From contig NIVC01004843.1 of the NCBI GenBank assembly GCA_002269645.1, forward strand, positions 1 to 33,647: a DNA stretch of 33,647 nt, written 5' to 3'. Under the pieces are notes generated by a model. The model searched no databases. It worked only from the letters and a program-made list of their open reading frames with translations, and was not told where the DNA came from. The translations under genes and the position numbers were made by a program. Origin of the DNA: Macrostomum lignano (taxonomy: Eukaryota). Below are positions 10,717 through 21,649 of the stretch, one piece after another. The first letter of the stretch is position 1. The number at the start of each line of letters is the position of its first letter.

Positions 10717-11073
10717 GCTCGGTGACCCTCTGCGGCTCAGCTGCTAGTCTCAACTTGACTTGCCAGCCGCCAACAAGCCTGCTGAAGATCTGGTACGCCT
10801 ACCTGGACAGCAACTCGGCCGGCGACCCCTGCAGCGAAGGCAACAGCAGCCGTAGCCGCCGCCGCAGCAGCAGTCCTTCATCTACCTGTCGTATCTCTGT
10901 GCTCACCTGGGCGGTGCAGAAATGCGACAACCGGCCTGAATGCCGGCTTCAAACGGCAGATGCTGTAGCAACTTCCTTGACTGAAGCCTCGGAGAGCGAC
11001 TTGTCCTGCAAATCCAAGCTTAGAGGGCGTCTCAACAACCGCCAATATCTGCGTGTGGACTTCTCCTGCCTAG
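10717..11073 (+). CDS. Exon encoding a divergent SUEL / rhamnose-binding lectin-like domain (8 Cys)
   Basis: Acceptor ctcgctgctcag and donor G|gtgaga (phase 1-1 module). Translation TLC..LNLTC..LKIWYAY..DPC..TC..QKCDNRPEC..LSC..QYLRVDFSC matches the 8-Cys SUEL spacing, including the terminal YLxVxY/FxC. Confidence 0.72.
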
Positions 11074-11086
11074 GTGAGATGATCTT

Positions 11087-11335
11087 AACTGACCCGATCT
11101 GACCAGACCTGATCTGACCAGACTTAACCCGATCTGACCAGATCTGACCCGATCTGACCAGACCTAACCCGATCTGACCAGACCTGAACCGATCTGACCA
11201 GACCTAACCCGATTTGACCTGAACCTGACCCGATCTGACCAGACCTAACCCGATCTGACCAGACCTGACTCATACCTGACAAAACCCGCCAACTGACCTG
11301 CAATGACCAGACCTGAGTCGAACTGACCAGACTTG
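11087..11335. repeat. Intronic repeat, about 20-bp unit GACCCGATCTGACCAGACCT with 5-bp internal periodicity, about 12 copies
   Basis: Direct; lies between the lectin and TM exons. Confidence 0.9.
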
Positions 11336-11455
11336 TGGTCCCTAAACCCTAGCCTGAAGTAGCACTGCTGTAGTATGCAAGTATGAAGTTAAACTATTAA
11401 TTTTTTGTTCTTTTTCAAACCAGTCGAATGAATTTCCTCCCGCACTCGTCGACAG

Positions 11456-11658
11456 GCGGTTCCGCAGTCTCAGCTGAGTCCGCTGGACAGGAGGCATTCT
11501 TCCGCTGGGGCCTGGCGCTCATCGCCGCCCTGTTCCCTCTGACGCTGCTCGCCCTGATGCTGACTGTCCGGCTGCGGAAACAGCGTCAGGATGCCTACGG
11601 CCTGACTAGCATGCACCTGCCACTGACTGAGCACGAGCAGGCTGAGCACGAGACCTGA
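11456..11658 (+). CDS. Terminal exon: short stalk, single transmembrane helix (WGLALIAALFPLTLLALMLTV), basic stop-transfer RLRKQR, short cytoplasmic tail
   Basis: Acceptor ttcctcccgcactcgtcgacag in phase 1 matches the 11073 donor; 21-residue hydrophobic stretch; TGA at 11656-11658. Confidence 0.7.
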
Positions 11659-12231
11659 AACTCTTGCCGCTCAAACTGGCCACTAATCTAGTTAGTTGAA
11701 TTAGTTAGACTCAGGGGGCTGTGTGCACCCTGGCGCACTTTAAGCGACATTGTCACACAACCGGCAAGAGGCATTACTGCCCATTCCGCCGACTCCTCTG
11801 AGCAGCGCACACAAACGCGCGGATACGTACGCAGTCATACGCGCAGGCACACACTCACACAGGAGTGCACAGCGGCCCTAACTTTATTTATCGTTTGGTA
11901 TGTACACTTCACGGCCGTTAATTGCACGAGCAGAGCCAAGCTGAGATTTCAATGTAGCCTCAAATTAATGTGACTGCACTTGGAATCGAGCCTGGGCCCT
12001 ATGGTTTGTATGTACTTTTAAGTTCGTGAACAAATGATGGTCTGTTTAAATGTCAACAATGGCTTCCATTCTGTGTTAGTTGAAGTTGTTTTTCTTTGAA
12101 TTGCCCGTCTCGGTTTCAGCGCCCACTTTTGGTGGGTCTTTGTTTTTGGCTTTGTCTTGCCTACATACACCTGTTATTTTTATATAAGCTCACCTAATAT
12201 CTGGTCTTGCGCATTGCTTGTTATTGTCAGT

Positions 12232-12690
12232 ATCTGGTCTCTATGGAGTTTCTATCTGGTCTCTATGGAGTTTCTATCTGGTCTCTATGGAGTTTCTATC
12301 CGGTCTCTATGATGTTTCTATCTGGTCTCTATGGAGTCTCTATCTGATCTTTATGGTGTTTCTATCTGGTCTCTATGGAGTTTCTATCTGGTCTTTATGA
12401 GTTTCTATCCGGTCTCTATGATGTTTCTATCTGGTCTCTATGGAGTCTCTATCTGATCTTTATGGCGTTTCTATCTGGTCTCTATGGAGTTTCTATCTGG
12501 TCTCTATGGAGTTTCCACCTGATTTTTATCTGGTCTCTATGGAGTTTCTATCCGGTCTCTATGATGTTTCTATCTGGTCTCTATGGAGTTTCTATCTGGT
12601 CTCTATGGAGTTTCTATCTGGTCTCTATTTGGAGTTTCTATCTGGTCTCTATGGAGTTTCCACCTGATTTTTATCTGCATGGTCTTTATT
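12232..12690. repeat. Minisatellite, 22-bp unit CTATCTGGTCTCTATGGAGTTT, about 20 copies
   Basis: Direct; probably within the 3' UTR of the plus-strand gene. Confidence 0.93.
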
Positions 12691-12847
12691 GAGTCTCCAC
12701 TCTAGTCTGTTCCATATGCTTTCTTTCTCTTATTCTGAACTCTAGTCCAACTCCATCTGGTAGTAGCAGCCATTTTTTCCAACTCCTAGAACTTCGAGTC
12801 AGAATCAGCCTGATTGGCAGGTCTCAATTTTACCCGAGGCAGTTGTC

Positions 12848-12910
12848 AATAAAAACAGCTGCAAATTTTTCAGCTGATAACTCACGAGTAAGAGGCGTAG
12901 AACTTTTATT
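12848..12910. terminator. Facing polyadenylation hexamers (+ AATAAA 12848-12853; - AATAAA 12910-12905)
   Basis: Seen between the two convergent genes; usage is unproven and AATAAA is common in AT-rich DNA. Confidence 0.3.
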
Positions 12911-13382
12911 GATCAGCTGCTGTACTGCACAGAGGCACAGGCAAGAAGCTAAAAGTACATATATGTCTGACATAACTTTAGAGGGATAGAAGAGTGGTTG
13001 GATATAAAATAACCATAATTTGCATAAAACAGTCTGCTTTCTTTAAAAAGAGTTTTCGCATAAAATCATAGAATATTGATAGAAAACGAATGCTTTCTTG
13101 GAAAATATATATGTTTCGTGTAACAAATATAACCGATCGAATTTCTTGTACTTTTTCAAGTCATTGGCCGTACATATATTACTTATCAAAAGAGAGCTAA
13201 GTTGTACAGTTTGTACAACACAATCTCTGTCAATGAGATCATTGATAAAATAGCGTCTTTTTTAGTTTGAGACCAACAAAACCTGAAATTCTCAAGTTGA
13301 GTACGGCAGCCTGTACGCAATCTTATATATAGAGGATCACTGCTTATTCCAGATAATATTGAGAAAATTGGGAAACTATATG

Positions 13383-13405
13383 TCATTTTTATTCAATAAA
13401 AATGA
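13383..13405. terminator. 23-bp palindrome TCATTTTTATT-C-AATAAAAATGA carrying AATAAA on both strands
   Basis: Perfect 11-bp arms with a 1-nt spacer. Confidence 0.25.
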
Positions 13406-15486
13406 TAATAGCCATATTCATGATGATGTGAGTTGCATTAATTGAGCAAGTCAAATGCACAACATGGGGAATTCTGTAAGCAAATCATTTCGACATACGC
13501 GTACCGATCGTGTTAAAACAAAAACTATTGTAAAATTTTTCATGAAAAAACTAGAGGCGAGTAAGTTGACGCCTCTCGCTTAATCAGTGTAATTAACGAT
13601 CATCTGCGATAAACTCTTTCCTTCAATTTTTTTGCGTGGCGCACAATTGTAGTTAAGAAGTAATTCCAGCTTGCAGTGACAACAGTGAGGTACTGCATGG
13701 TACCTGGCTAAGTAAATAATTTCTTAAGTGCAGCAGGTTGGGTTGTGTAGGCGTGAGTTCAGTGCGGTGCTCCGGTGTGTGCAACAGTTGCTGGTGCAGT
13801 TGAAAGTCTAACTATCTGACAGTTTTAACACTTAATCTTTTCTTTTATATAGTATATCCTTTCCCGATTGGTGTTGTGGAATATGTCATACCACATACAT
13901 TCCAATACATTGCAGCGGGTGCAATTGTGGCTGCTGAAATTCTTTATGCGAATGCTCCAGTTATAAAAATAATATTAACAAGACAATGTAGCATAGTGGG
14001 GCACAGTAATTATTTTCAATATGATATTTCTAATAAATTCTTTCATCTGCGGTTAACTTGCAAAACCCTGAGAGCCCTTGAAAGCAAAGCTCATTGATTC
14101 TTGCGGAGACATGCTACCTGACGTTCTTTTATTTGTCTAATCTATGTAAAGCAGGCAAGAATAAACTACTTTACATTCGTTAGTAGTAGCATCTAGCAAG
14201 CACAGAGTCTACAACTTTTAGTTAGGGCGAATTTCGGTCCTTCACAAAAGTTTTTTGTTTGCATGGAAGATTAAGTTATTTGATGATAACTTGGTAAATA
14301 TGCATCACAGAGGATCATATTTACATGCGGTGTAAATAATTGTTATTGTGGTACAGGGCGAGCACTTTTTGCACTATTGATTTTAACAAAAATTATTATA
14401 AATCAAAATTTCAAGATCAAGCATTGCACTCCAAGTTTTGCATTGAAAAAATTAATATTAGTTATAATGATTTAAAAACTCATAGAAAAGTATAAGTGAT
14501 AGCGAAGTATTTTCATAGATAGTATATAAATTATATAGCATTTTAAGTATGATAGTGAGTGTGATATTGATTACAGCTGTCGGAGATTTTTACTCGGGGG
14601 AATCAAAGAGAATTCCTAGGCAAGTATTCGGGCACGAATGTAAGGGATGCGGACATTGTGACGAATATTAGAGAACCAGAATTTCTAAAGGACAATGATT
14701 AAAATAACAGAAAGTTAATTATTGCACGTTAATGTGAGTTAAAATGACACAATAAATTTTGTTAATATTTGAAACTTTTAAAAGTTAGCTCGCACAAAGA
14801 TTGTCAGGGGGAACTGAGAGATCAAAATAAGAAGACATTAAAAACATAAGAAAGGGGGTCGCACCAATGCTAGCTTACATGTAGAGTTGCGGATGTACAT
14901 TAAAAATTGTGGCTGAGTACTGTATTAATCTAGAAGCATTGTTAAGCATATTTTTCCTTACTGTAAAAATGGTCAATGAGAAAGAGCAACTTTATTTCGA
15001 CGACGCATATTCAACGCAATGTTATTTTAATTTTTTTATAAAAACAAATTTTGCACGCACTGTTCACGAGCCAATTGTAGTCTGTAATTGAAAGTTTTAA
15101 GATGGAGTATATTTTTCTGGTCGAGTGGAGTTACGTTAAAAACATTATCTAAGTATTTCCACCCAATACATTTGGACTACTTATTAACAAAGTAGTATCA
15201 TACTATTCATGGCTTTTATTGATTGGGTGAGCTTTGTCCGGAGGAATTGGCTTCAAGTGAAGTGTCGGGGCAGAGGAGTAGAAAATCAATGTACATTTAA
15301 TATAATGGCCCCAAGACTAAATAAATGTACATAGTACGTGAATATGTATACGTGACCCGGCCAATCAGCTTATTGGTGAACAGGGGGGGGGGGACGATTT
15401 CTCTCAAACCGATTCAGAGATTTAATGATGGGGGGACAAGTCAAGAATTCTACATGTACATTATTTTGAGAATCCGTCTTGCTAGC

Positions 15487-17190
15487 GCTCATTTTGGCGC
15501 CGCAGGCAGACACTCATTTTGGCACCGCAGGCACTCATTTTGGCGCCGCAGGCAGGCGCTCATTTTGGCGCCGCAGGCAGGCGCTCATTTTGGCGCTGCA
15601 GACAGACACTCATTTTAGCGCCGCAGGCAGACACTCATTTTGGCGCCGCAAGCAGGCACTCATTTTGGCGCAGCAGGCAGACACTCATTTTGGCGCAGCA
15701 GGCAGACACTCATTTTGGCGCCGCAGGCAGACACTCATTTTAGCGCCGCAGGCAGGCACTCATTTTGGCACCGCAGGCAGGCACTCATTTTAGCGCCGCA
15801 GGCAGACACTCATTTTGGCGCCGCAGGCAGACACTCATTTTAGCGCCGCAGGCAGACACTCATTTTAGCGCCGCAGGCAGACACTCATTTTGGCGCCGCA
15901 GGCAGGCGCTCATTTTGGCACCGCAGGCAGACATTTTAGCGCCGCAGGCAGACACTCATTTTGACGCGACAGGCAGGCGCCCATTTTGGCGCCGCAGGCA
16001 GACACTCATTTTGGCGCCGCAGGCAGACACTCATTTTGGCGCCGCAGGCAGACACTCATTTTGGCGCCGCAGGCAGGCGCTCATTTTGGCACCGCAGGCA
16101 GACATTTTAGCGCCGCAGGCAGACACCATTTTGACGCGACAGGCAGGCGCCCATTTTGGCGCCGCAGGCAGACACTCATTTTGGCGCCGCAGGCAGACAC
16201 TCATTTTGGCGCCGCAGGCAGACACTCATTTTGGCACCGCAGGCAGACACTCATTTTAGCGCCGCAGGCAGACACTCATTTTGGCACCGCAGGCAGGCGC
16301 CCATTTTGGTGCCGCAGGCAGGCGCTCATTTTGGCACCGCAGGCAGACACTCATTTTAGCGCCGCAGGCAGGCACTCATTTTGGCACCGCAGGCAGACAC
16401 TCATTTTGGCACCGCAGGCAGACACTCATTTTAGCGCCGCAGGCAGACACTCATTTTGGCGCCGCAGGCAGGCGCTCATTTTGGCACCGCAGGCAGACAT
16501 TTTAGCGCCGCAGGCAGACACTCATTTTGACGCGACAGGCAGGCGCCCATTTTGGCGCCGCAGGCAGACACTCATTTTAGCGCCGCAGGCAGACACTCAT
16601 TTTGGCGCCGCAGGCAGACACTCATTTTGGCACCGCAGGCAGACACTCATTTTAGCGCCGCAGGCAGACACTCATTTTGGCACCGCAGGCAGGCGCCCAT
16701 TTTGGTGCCGCAGGCAGGCGCTCATTTTGGCACCGCAGGCAGACATTTTAGCGCCGCAGGCAGACACTCATTTTGACGCGACAGGCAGGCGCCCATTTTG
16801 GCGCCGCAGGCAGACACTCATTTTAGCGCCGCAGGCAGACACTCATTTTGGCGCCGCAGGCAGACACTCATTTTGGCACCGCAGGCAGACACTCATTTTA
16901 GCGCCGCAGGCAGACACTCATTTTGGCACCGCAGGCAGGCGCCCATTTTGGTGCCGCAGGCAGACACTCATTTTGGCACCGCAGGCAGACACTCATTTTA
17001 GCGCCGCAGGCAGACACTCATTTTGGCACCGCAGGCAGGCACTCATTTTGGCACCGCAGGCAGGCACTCATTTTGGCACCGCAGGCAGACACTCATTTTG
17101 GCACCGCAGGCAGACACTCATTTTGGCGCCGCAGGCAGGCACTCATTTTAGCGCCGCAGGCAGGCACTCATTTTGGCGCCGCAGGCAAGC
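15487..17190. repeat. CpG-rich minisatellite, 25-bp unit CATTTTGGCGCCGCAGGCAGACACT, about 68 copies with block duplications
   Basis: Direct. The rare variant TTGACGCGACAGG recurs at 15961, 16131, 16527 and 16773, each time shortly after a shortened unit. Confidence 0.97.
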
Positions 17191-17432
17191 ATTTTTAGCG
17201 TCGTGGGCACTTTTTTTGACGCCCTAAAGCAAAATTATTGATTTCCATAACTGGTGACAAGGTGGGGGGGCAAAGCGTTGGCATGTCCCCTGTCTCCCGG
17301 GTGGCGACGCCCCTGGACCGATTCCATGTACGCGTAAATATGATCTAGAGGGTGCTAAATGTACTCAGTCTTACCCCAGTCATCCAATTCTCACAGGCGA
17401 ACGTTGCCAGCGTGTGAGTTGAGATCTCTTCT

Positions 17433-17496
17433 TTATTCTGTGCATCCGTACAGCCGTTTGTGATCAGTGATTGGCGCTTTACAGAAGCCTGGGTAG
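17433..17496 (-). CDS. cpo: cpo/RBPMS exon 8 (last found): (S)YPGFCKAPITDHKRLYGCTE-stop
   Basis: Acceptor gtcaatttcag in phase 2 restores FSSYPGFC, matching the RRM2 motif FSSxPGFC of cpo/MEC-8 proteins. The TAA overlaps an AATAAA. Confidence 0.65.
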
Positions 17497-18089
17497 CTGA
17501 AATTGACAGCGAGTTGTGCAAACAGTGTGAGAGCCATTCGACTAGCGGTTGACATTGGAACCCACAGGAAGGACATTTCGCACTAAATTTAGGTCTTGAA
17601 CTTGAACGGATATGCCCGCATGTTTGATATATTAGGAATCATGAACTGCAAACTAATACAGTTATAGCTCTAGCTACGAGTCTCAGAGAAAGATGAGACA
17701 ACCAACTCAGCGTAAAATTTGTCAGTGACCTTGATTAAAAGAATAAGAAAAAAGTAAAAAAGGTGCGATAAAAACAAAGTATAGGTCGGTGCAAACCGTT
17801 ACTTGTAGGGTTGCTCACTGCAGCTCTAAATGCGTTCCGAATTCAGCAAAAATGAAAATTCATCTACAGCTCTTTCTCTGCATTCTGAATTAAGACGCTT
17901 GTTTAAATAGAAAACACACCTGAGATTCCTCAGCGCCTGCTCAGAACTGCTGCTTTGATAAGCGGGTGCTAGTCAGTTCGGGTGATTAACAGGGTAAAGA
18001 TTCGTAATGAATAACAGTCTCAGATTGACTGCTCAATTCACGCAATAGAATTATTGCTAACACCCACCACCCTTAAATGTTTGGCATAC

Positions 18090-18155
18090 CTGGAGAACAA
18101 GTCCTTAACGTCCTGCTCAGTGCACAGTTGGCCCAGGCTATTCACGTACAAGGCC

Positions 18156-18187
<32 letters not shown>

Positions 18188-18334
18188 TTGTTGTTGCTGC
18201 TGCTGCTGTTGCTGCTGCTGACTAGTAGAGGAACCCGGCGATGGTTGATAACCGGTAGAGGCGGCGGCCGCGGCGGCTGCGGCAGCGGCGGCGGCGGCGG
18301 AGCCGGAAGTTGGCGGCATCACTGGCATGAAAGC
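18090..18334 (-). CDS. cpo: cpo/RBPMS exon 7: Ala13, Gln22 and start of RRM2 (ALYVNSLGQLCTEQDVKDLFS)
   Basis: Acceptor cgctacccag (phase 0) and donor AG|gtatgc (phase 2); resembles the cpo RRM2 start TLFVANLGQFVSEHELKEVFS. Confidence 0.85.
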
Positions 18335-19056
18335 CTGGGTAGCGAGCGGGATAGCTTAGCCAAATGCGTGAATTCTGCCATCTAATGGCTGGCTTGACGG
18401 GTTTTATCCACACTATTAGCTATGAGGCTTCTCAGAGCATTAAGGCTTTCATTGATGTCTAGATCGCTTTCCACCAAATGACGGAACTAAAATCCTGTCA
18501 AACTTCGAGCCGGGGAAACGTCTTTTCCTAGCCTATGTCTGCATATAGCCTGTGCCGCCACTCCTACTCCTACAACAATTCCTTGTCAGAAAGTTGGGAA
18601 GTTGGTGCAGCAGGTGCGGACGCCGCGGTGCTCTCGGTGTGTTTGTGTGTGATTTTTTATATTTATCTGTGCAAAACAGAGTGAGAAATGGATAGGGAGG
18701 AAGTGTATAAACGGGAAGAGAGAAGTGGGCAGATGCGACATTTTGAAGAAAGGCCAGTCGAAGTCGAATTTAAAATGGTTAATAAAATAGCTCTTTCTGT
18801 AAATTGTCTCGTAATTCAAATATTAATGCACAGGTTAGTAAAGTAACATGTTTCTGAGCGGTAAAACATCGGCCCAAAAACTAACGCGGGATTGCCAGTC
18901 TGAAGTGGATCTGATATCCGTTCAAGTTCAAGTCAAGCTCGAGAATATGACACTGCTGCTATATGCAATTTATGAGCGTATCATAATTCACTCCCAACAA
19001 ACTGGAAGAGAATTAGGCGAGGTAACGATGAAGCGCGGAGCCTGAATCGAACTCAC

Positions 19057-19193
19057 AGCTCGAATGGGCATCTGAGTCAGCTGCTGCAGCGGTCCGGACG
19101 GGAACAGAGCCGGCGCGGCCAGGTCGGCGTAAGAGAAACCAGGATGAGTTGCCCAGGCGTCCGACGTGGGGATAAAAGCTGTGGTGAGCTCGG
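19057..19193 (-). CDS. cpo: cpo/RBPMS exon 6 (SELTTAFIPTSDAWATHPGFSYADLAAPALFPSGPLQQLTQMPIRA)
   Basis: Acceptor cccacag (phase 1) and donor GCT|gtgagt (phase 0); resembles the RBPMS C-terminal aromatic/Pro-rich region ([29 protein letters not shown]). Confidence 0.85.
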
Positions 19194-19357
19194 CTGTGGG
19201 ATTTTTTTGAGAAATATTATAATCCAGTGGGTCCTTAGCCACTGTTTTCTAGGTACTGTCGAAAGTTTATATACTGGGGTTTCGACAGACTCCCGCCCGC
19301 AAAGCCTCCCTCGGATCCTTTTAAACTTCACAATATAGCAATCCCACCCACTCAAGG

Positions 19358-19745
19358 CCTCCTCTCCTCTCCTCTACTCTCCTCTCCTCTCCTCTCCTCT
19401 CCTCTCCTCTCCTCTCCTCTCCTCTCCTCTCCTCTCCTCTCCTCTCCTCTCCTCTCCTCTCCTCTCCTCTCCTCTCCTCTCCTCTCCTCTCCTCTCCTCT
19501 CCTCTCCTCTCCTCTCCTCTCCTCTCCTCTCCTCTCCTCTCCTCTCCTCTCCTCTCCTCTCCTCTCCTCTCCTCTCCTCTCCTCTCCTCTCCTCTCCTCT
19601 CCACTCCTCTCCTTTCCTCTCCTCTCCTCTCCTCTCCTCTCCTCTCCTCTCCTCTCCTCTCCACTCCTCTCCTTTCCTCTCCTCTCCTCTCCTCTCCTCT
19701 CCTCTCCTCTCCACTCCTCTCCTTTCCTCTCCTCTCCTCTTTCCT
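19358..19745. repeat. (CTCCT)n pentanucleotide microsatellite, about 75 copies; (GGAGA)n on the cpo sense strand
   Basis: Direct; in cpo intron 5, followed by a CT-rich tail to about 19870. Confidence 0.98.
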
Positions 19746-20262
19746 CTCCCTTCTCTCCTCGCCCTTCTCTCTTCTCTCTTACTTCATATCTCCTGCCCTT
19801 TGTCTTCTCTTCTTCTTTATTCCCTTGCATCTCATTTCTCTTATCTCTCTCCTCTCTCTCCTCTCTCTCCCCTCATCTGATTCGCAGTCATGCACTAGGT
19901 TCTCCATCTGGTCCTTGAGGTAAAAAAAAGATCACCGATTCCTATTCTATACTTGTATACATCTCTGCAAGACACGTTTGCAAGCCATTGGACACGTTTC
20001 AAAGACAGAAGCATATTTTCTGCTCATTTCGAGTATAGTCACTGAACGTTGGTACAACGTCTTCAAAAGCAATGTTGGGAAAACGGGGGTCTTCTGGATA
20101 CTGGTTCAAGTAGTCTGAGGAGACTGTTGTTGCTTTTAATGTTTTAGACGCATACTTCGAAGCCTCATGACACTTGTCAGTGACACTAAACTACCGGAGA
20201 AATTAGATATACATTGTTAAATTTTAGTTTTGAGCTCTAGAGACTCAGACTAATAAACTCAC

Positions 20263-20434
20263 ATCCAGTCAGCGGGTGCAGCAGAGTTGGATGCGCAGCG
20301 GCGGCGGCGGCGGCAGCTGCAGCGGCTGCGGCTGCCTGCTGCGGACTGTGCAGCTTCGGCTTCGTCACCTTGGTGTTGCTCTTGGCAAACTCGAGGCGCA
20401 GCGTCTGCGGCAGCTCCAGGTCGAATTTCACGCC
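20263..20434 (-). CDS. cpo: cpo/RBPMS exon 5: end of RRM1 ([27 protein letters not shown]) and Ala14
   Basis: Signature [14 protein letters not shown]; acceptor cgccag and donor T|gtgagt (phase 1). Confidence 0.95.
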
Positions 20435-21294
20435 CTGGCGTGGTGAAGATCAATGCGGTTTTTGTCATTGGTTTCAAGCCAGCCAAGCAGCTATAGACTG
20501 AGCTAAATGAGAGACAACACCCCACATGTTCAGCTGAGAATTGACGTAATTTTTTTTAAATCTGACGCACAGAAGTTGAGAAGGGGAGCCAATGCTTCTC
20601 AAAGCTGAGCCAGGAAGCCGAGTTGGGGTGCAGTGAAGCAGAATGGAGATGCCGAGGGATTGAGAGGATGGAGTGGTGCACTGGGGAAAACTGCATTCTT
20701 GAAACTGTTGTCAAATCTTGAGCGTGTGTTTTTTCAAGCTCCGAGAATTAAACTTTCGCTCGTCGAAGATGATGAGAACGAAAGAAAAATAAACGACTCA
20801 GGAAGAAAGAAAGATGAAGAGGGAGAGGGAGTGAGTCGGGGTTAGTCCGGGAGATCGACAGTCTGGAAGGAGAGCCTCAGTTTCGAGTGCGCTTGTGGCA
20901 TTTCAGCATCCCCCGTAGGCTGCATCATATCTGAGAGCAGACAGGAGAGTATAGGTAGATTCAGAGATGGGGAAGATGAGAAAGGCTGCTGGCCCACTCA
21001 AAACGCGGGGCTAAGTTGGACCCCTAACCCCCCTTCCCACTCTTGCGTGCCTGGCTAACTCCGCAGGAGATGGGCTATCGATTTTATCGACTCAATTTTC
21101 CCTGCCGAGCCTCGAGGCCTCTCCCCTTTGCCTAAGCTGGCCCAGGCTAGAAAGAAAGTTTTCTGCGCCAGCAATGCGCAAGCAATTAATGGCTGACATA
21201 GTATGGACAGCGAGTCACGCCTAAAACAAGATGCAAATAAATTGCCGATAGAGGGGGGAAGATGGATGTCAATCAAGGACAGAGAATGCCTCAC

Positions 21295-21357
21295 CTGGAG
21301 ATCCTTTTTAGCCAGCTCGGCGTCCAAGCGAGTTTTGAAAGTCACGAAGCCCACGGG
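21295..21357 (-). CDS. cpo: cpo/RBPMS exon 4 (PVGFVTFKTRLDAELAKKDLQ, RNP1)
   Basis: 63 nt; acceptor cccctgccag and donor CAG|gtgagg. Confidence 0.97.
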
Positions 21358-21649
21358 CTGGCAGGGGATGGCAAAGGGGGGGACGCGATATTCTTTGTGC
21401 GCTAATGGCTTCGCACTGATGAAGTAAGGACTGGCGAGTCTCAATTATCAGTGAGTTGACGGTGCCTTGACCATCATACTCGTGCATTCTGAAGGAAGCC
21501 TGTGCATGTTTGCGTCTTTTTTATTATAACTTGAGACTGTCTTGTGGACGTTTTCAATCATTTTATTCAAAACCACTACGCGTAGTAACAGCGTGATCTG
21601 TGTAGTCATTGTCGTCGTTAATGAGAACTTATCTCATAAGCTGACTTAC

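Noticed and set aside
13234-13282. Minus-strand acceptor giving FVGLKLKK as a possible RRM2 continuation
   Set aside because: It reaches a stop within 14 codons and lacks RNP1; joining it as GFVGLKL would need a non-canonical donor.
15325-17227. ORFs up to 413 aa in the 25-bp array
   Set aside because: Repeat-derived; the unit length is not a multiple of 3 and the frames cycle.
15340-17330. MITE or DNA transposon enclosing the 25-bp array
   Set aside because: Only a 7-bp inverted match (GGGGACA) between the flanks; no convincing TIR or TSD.
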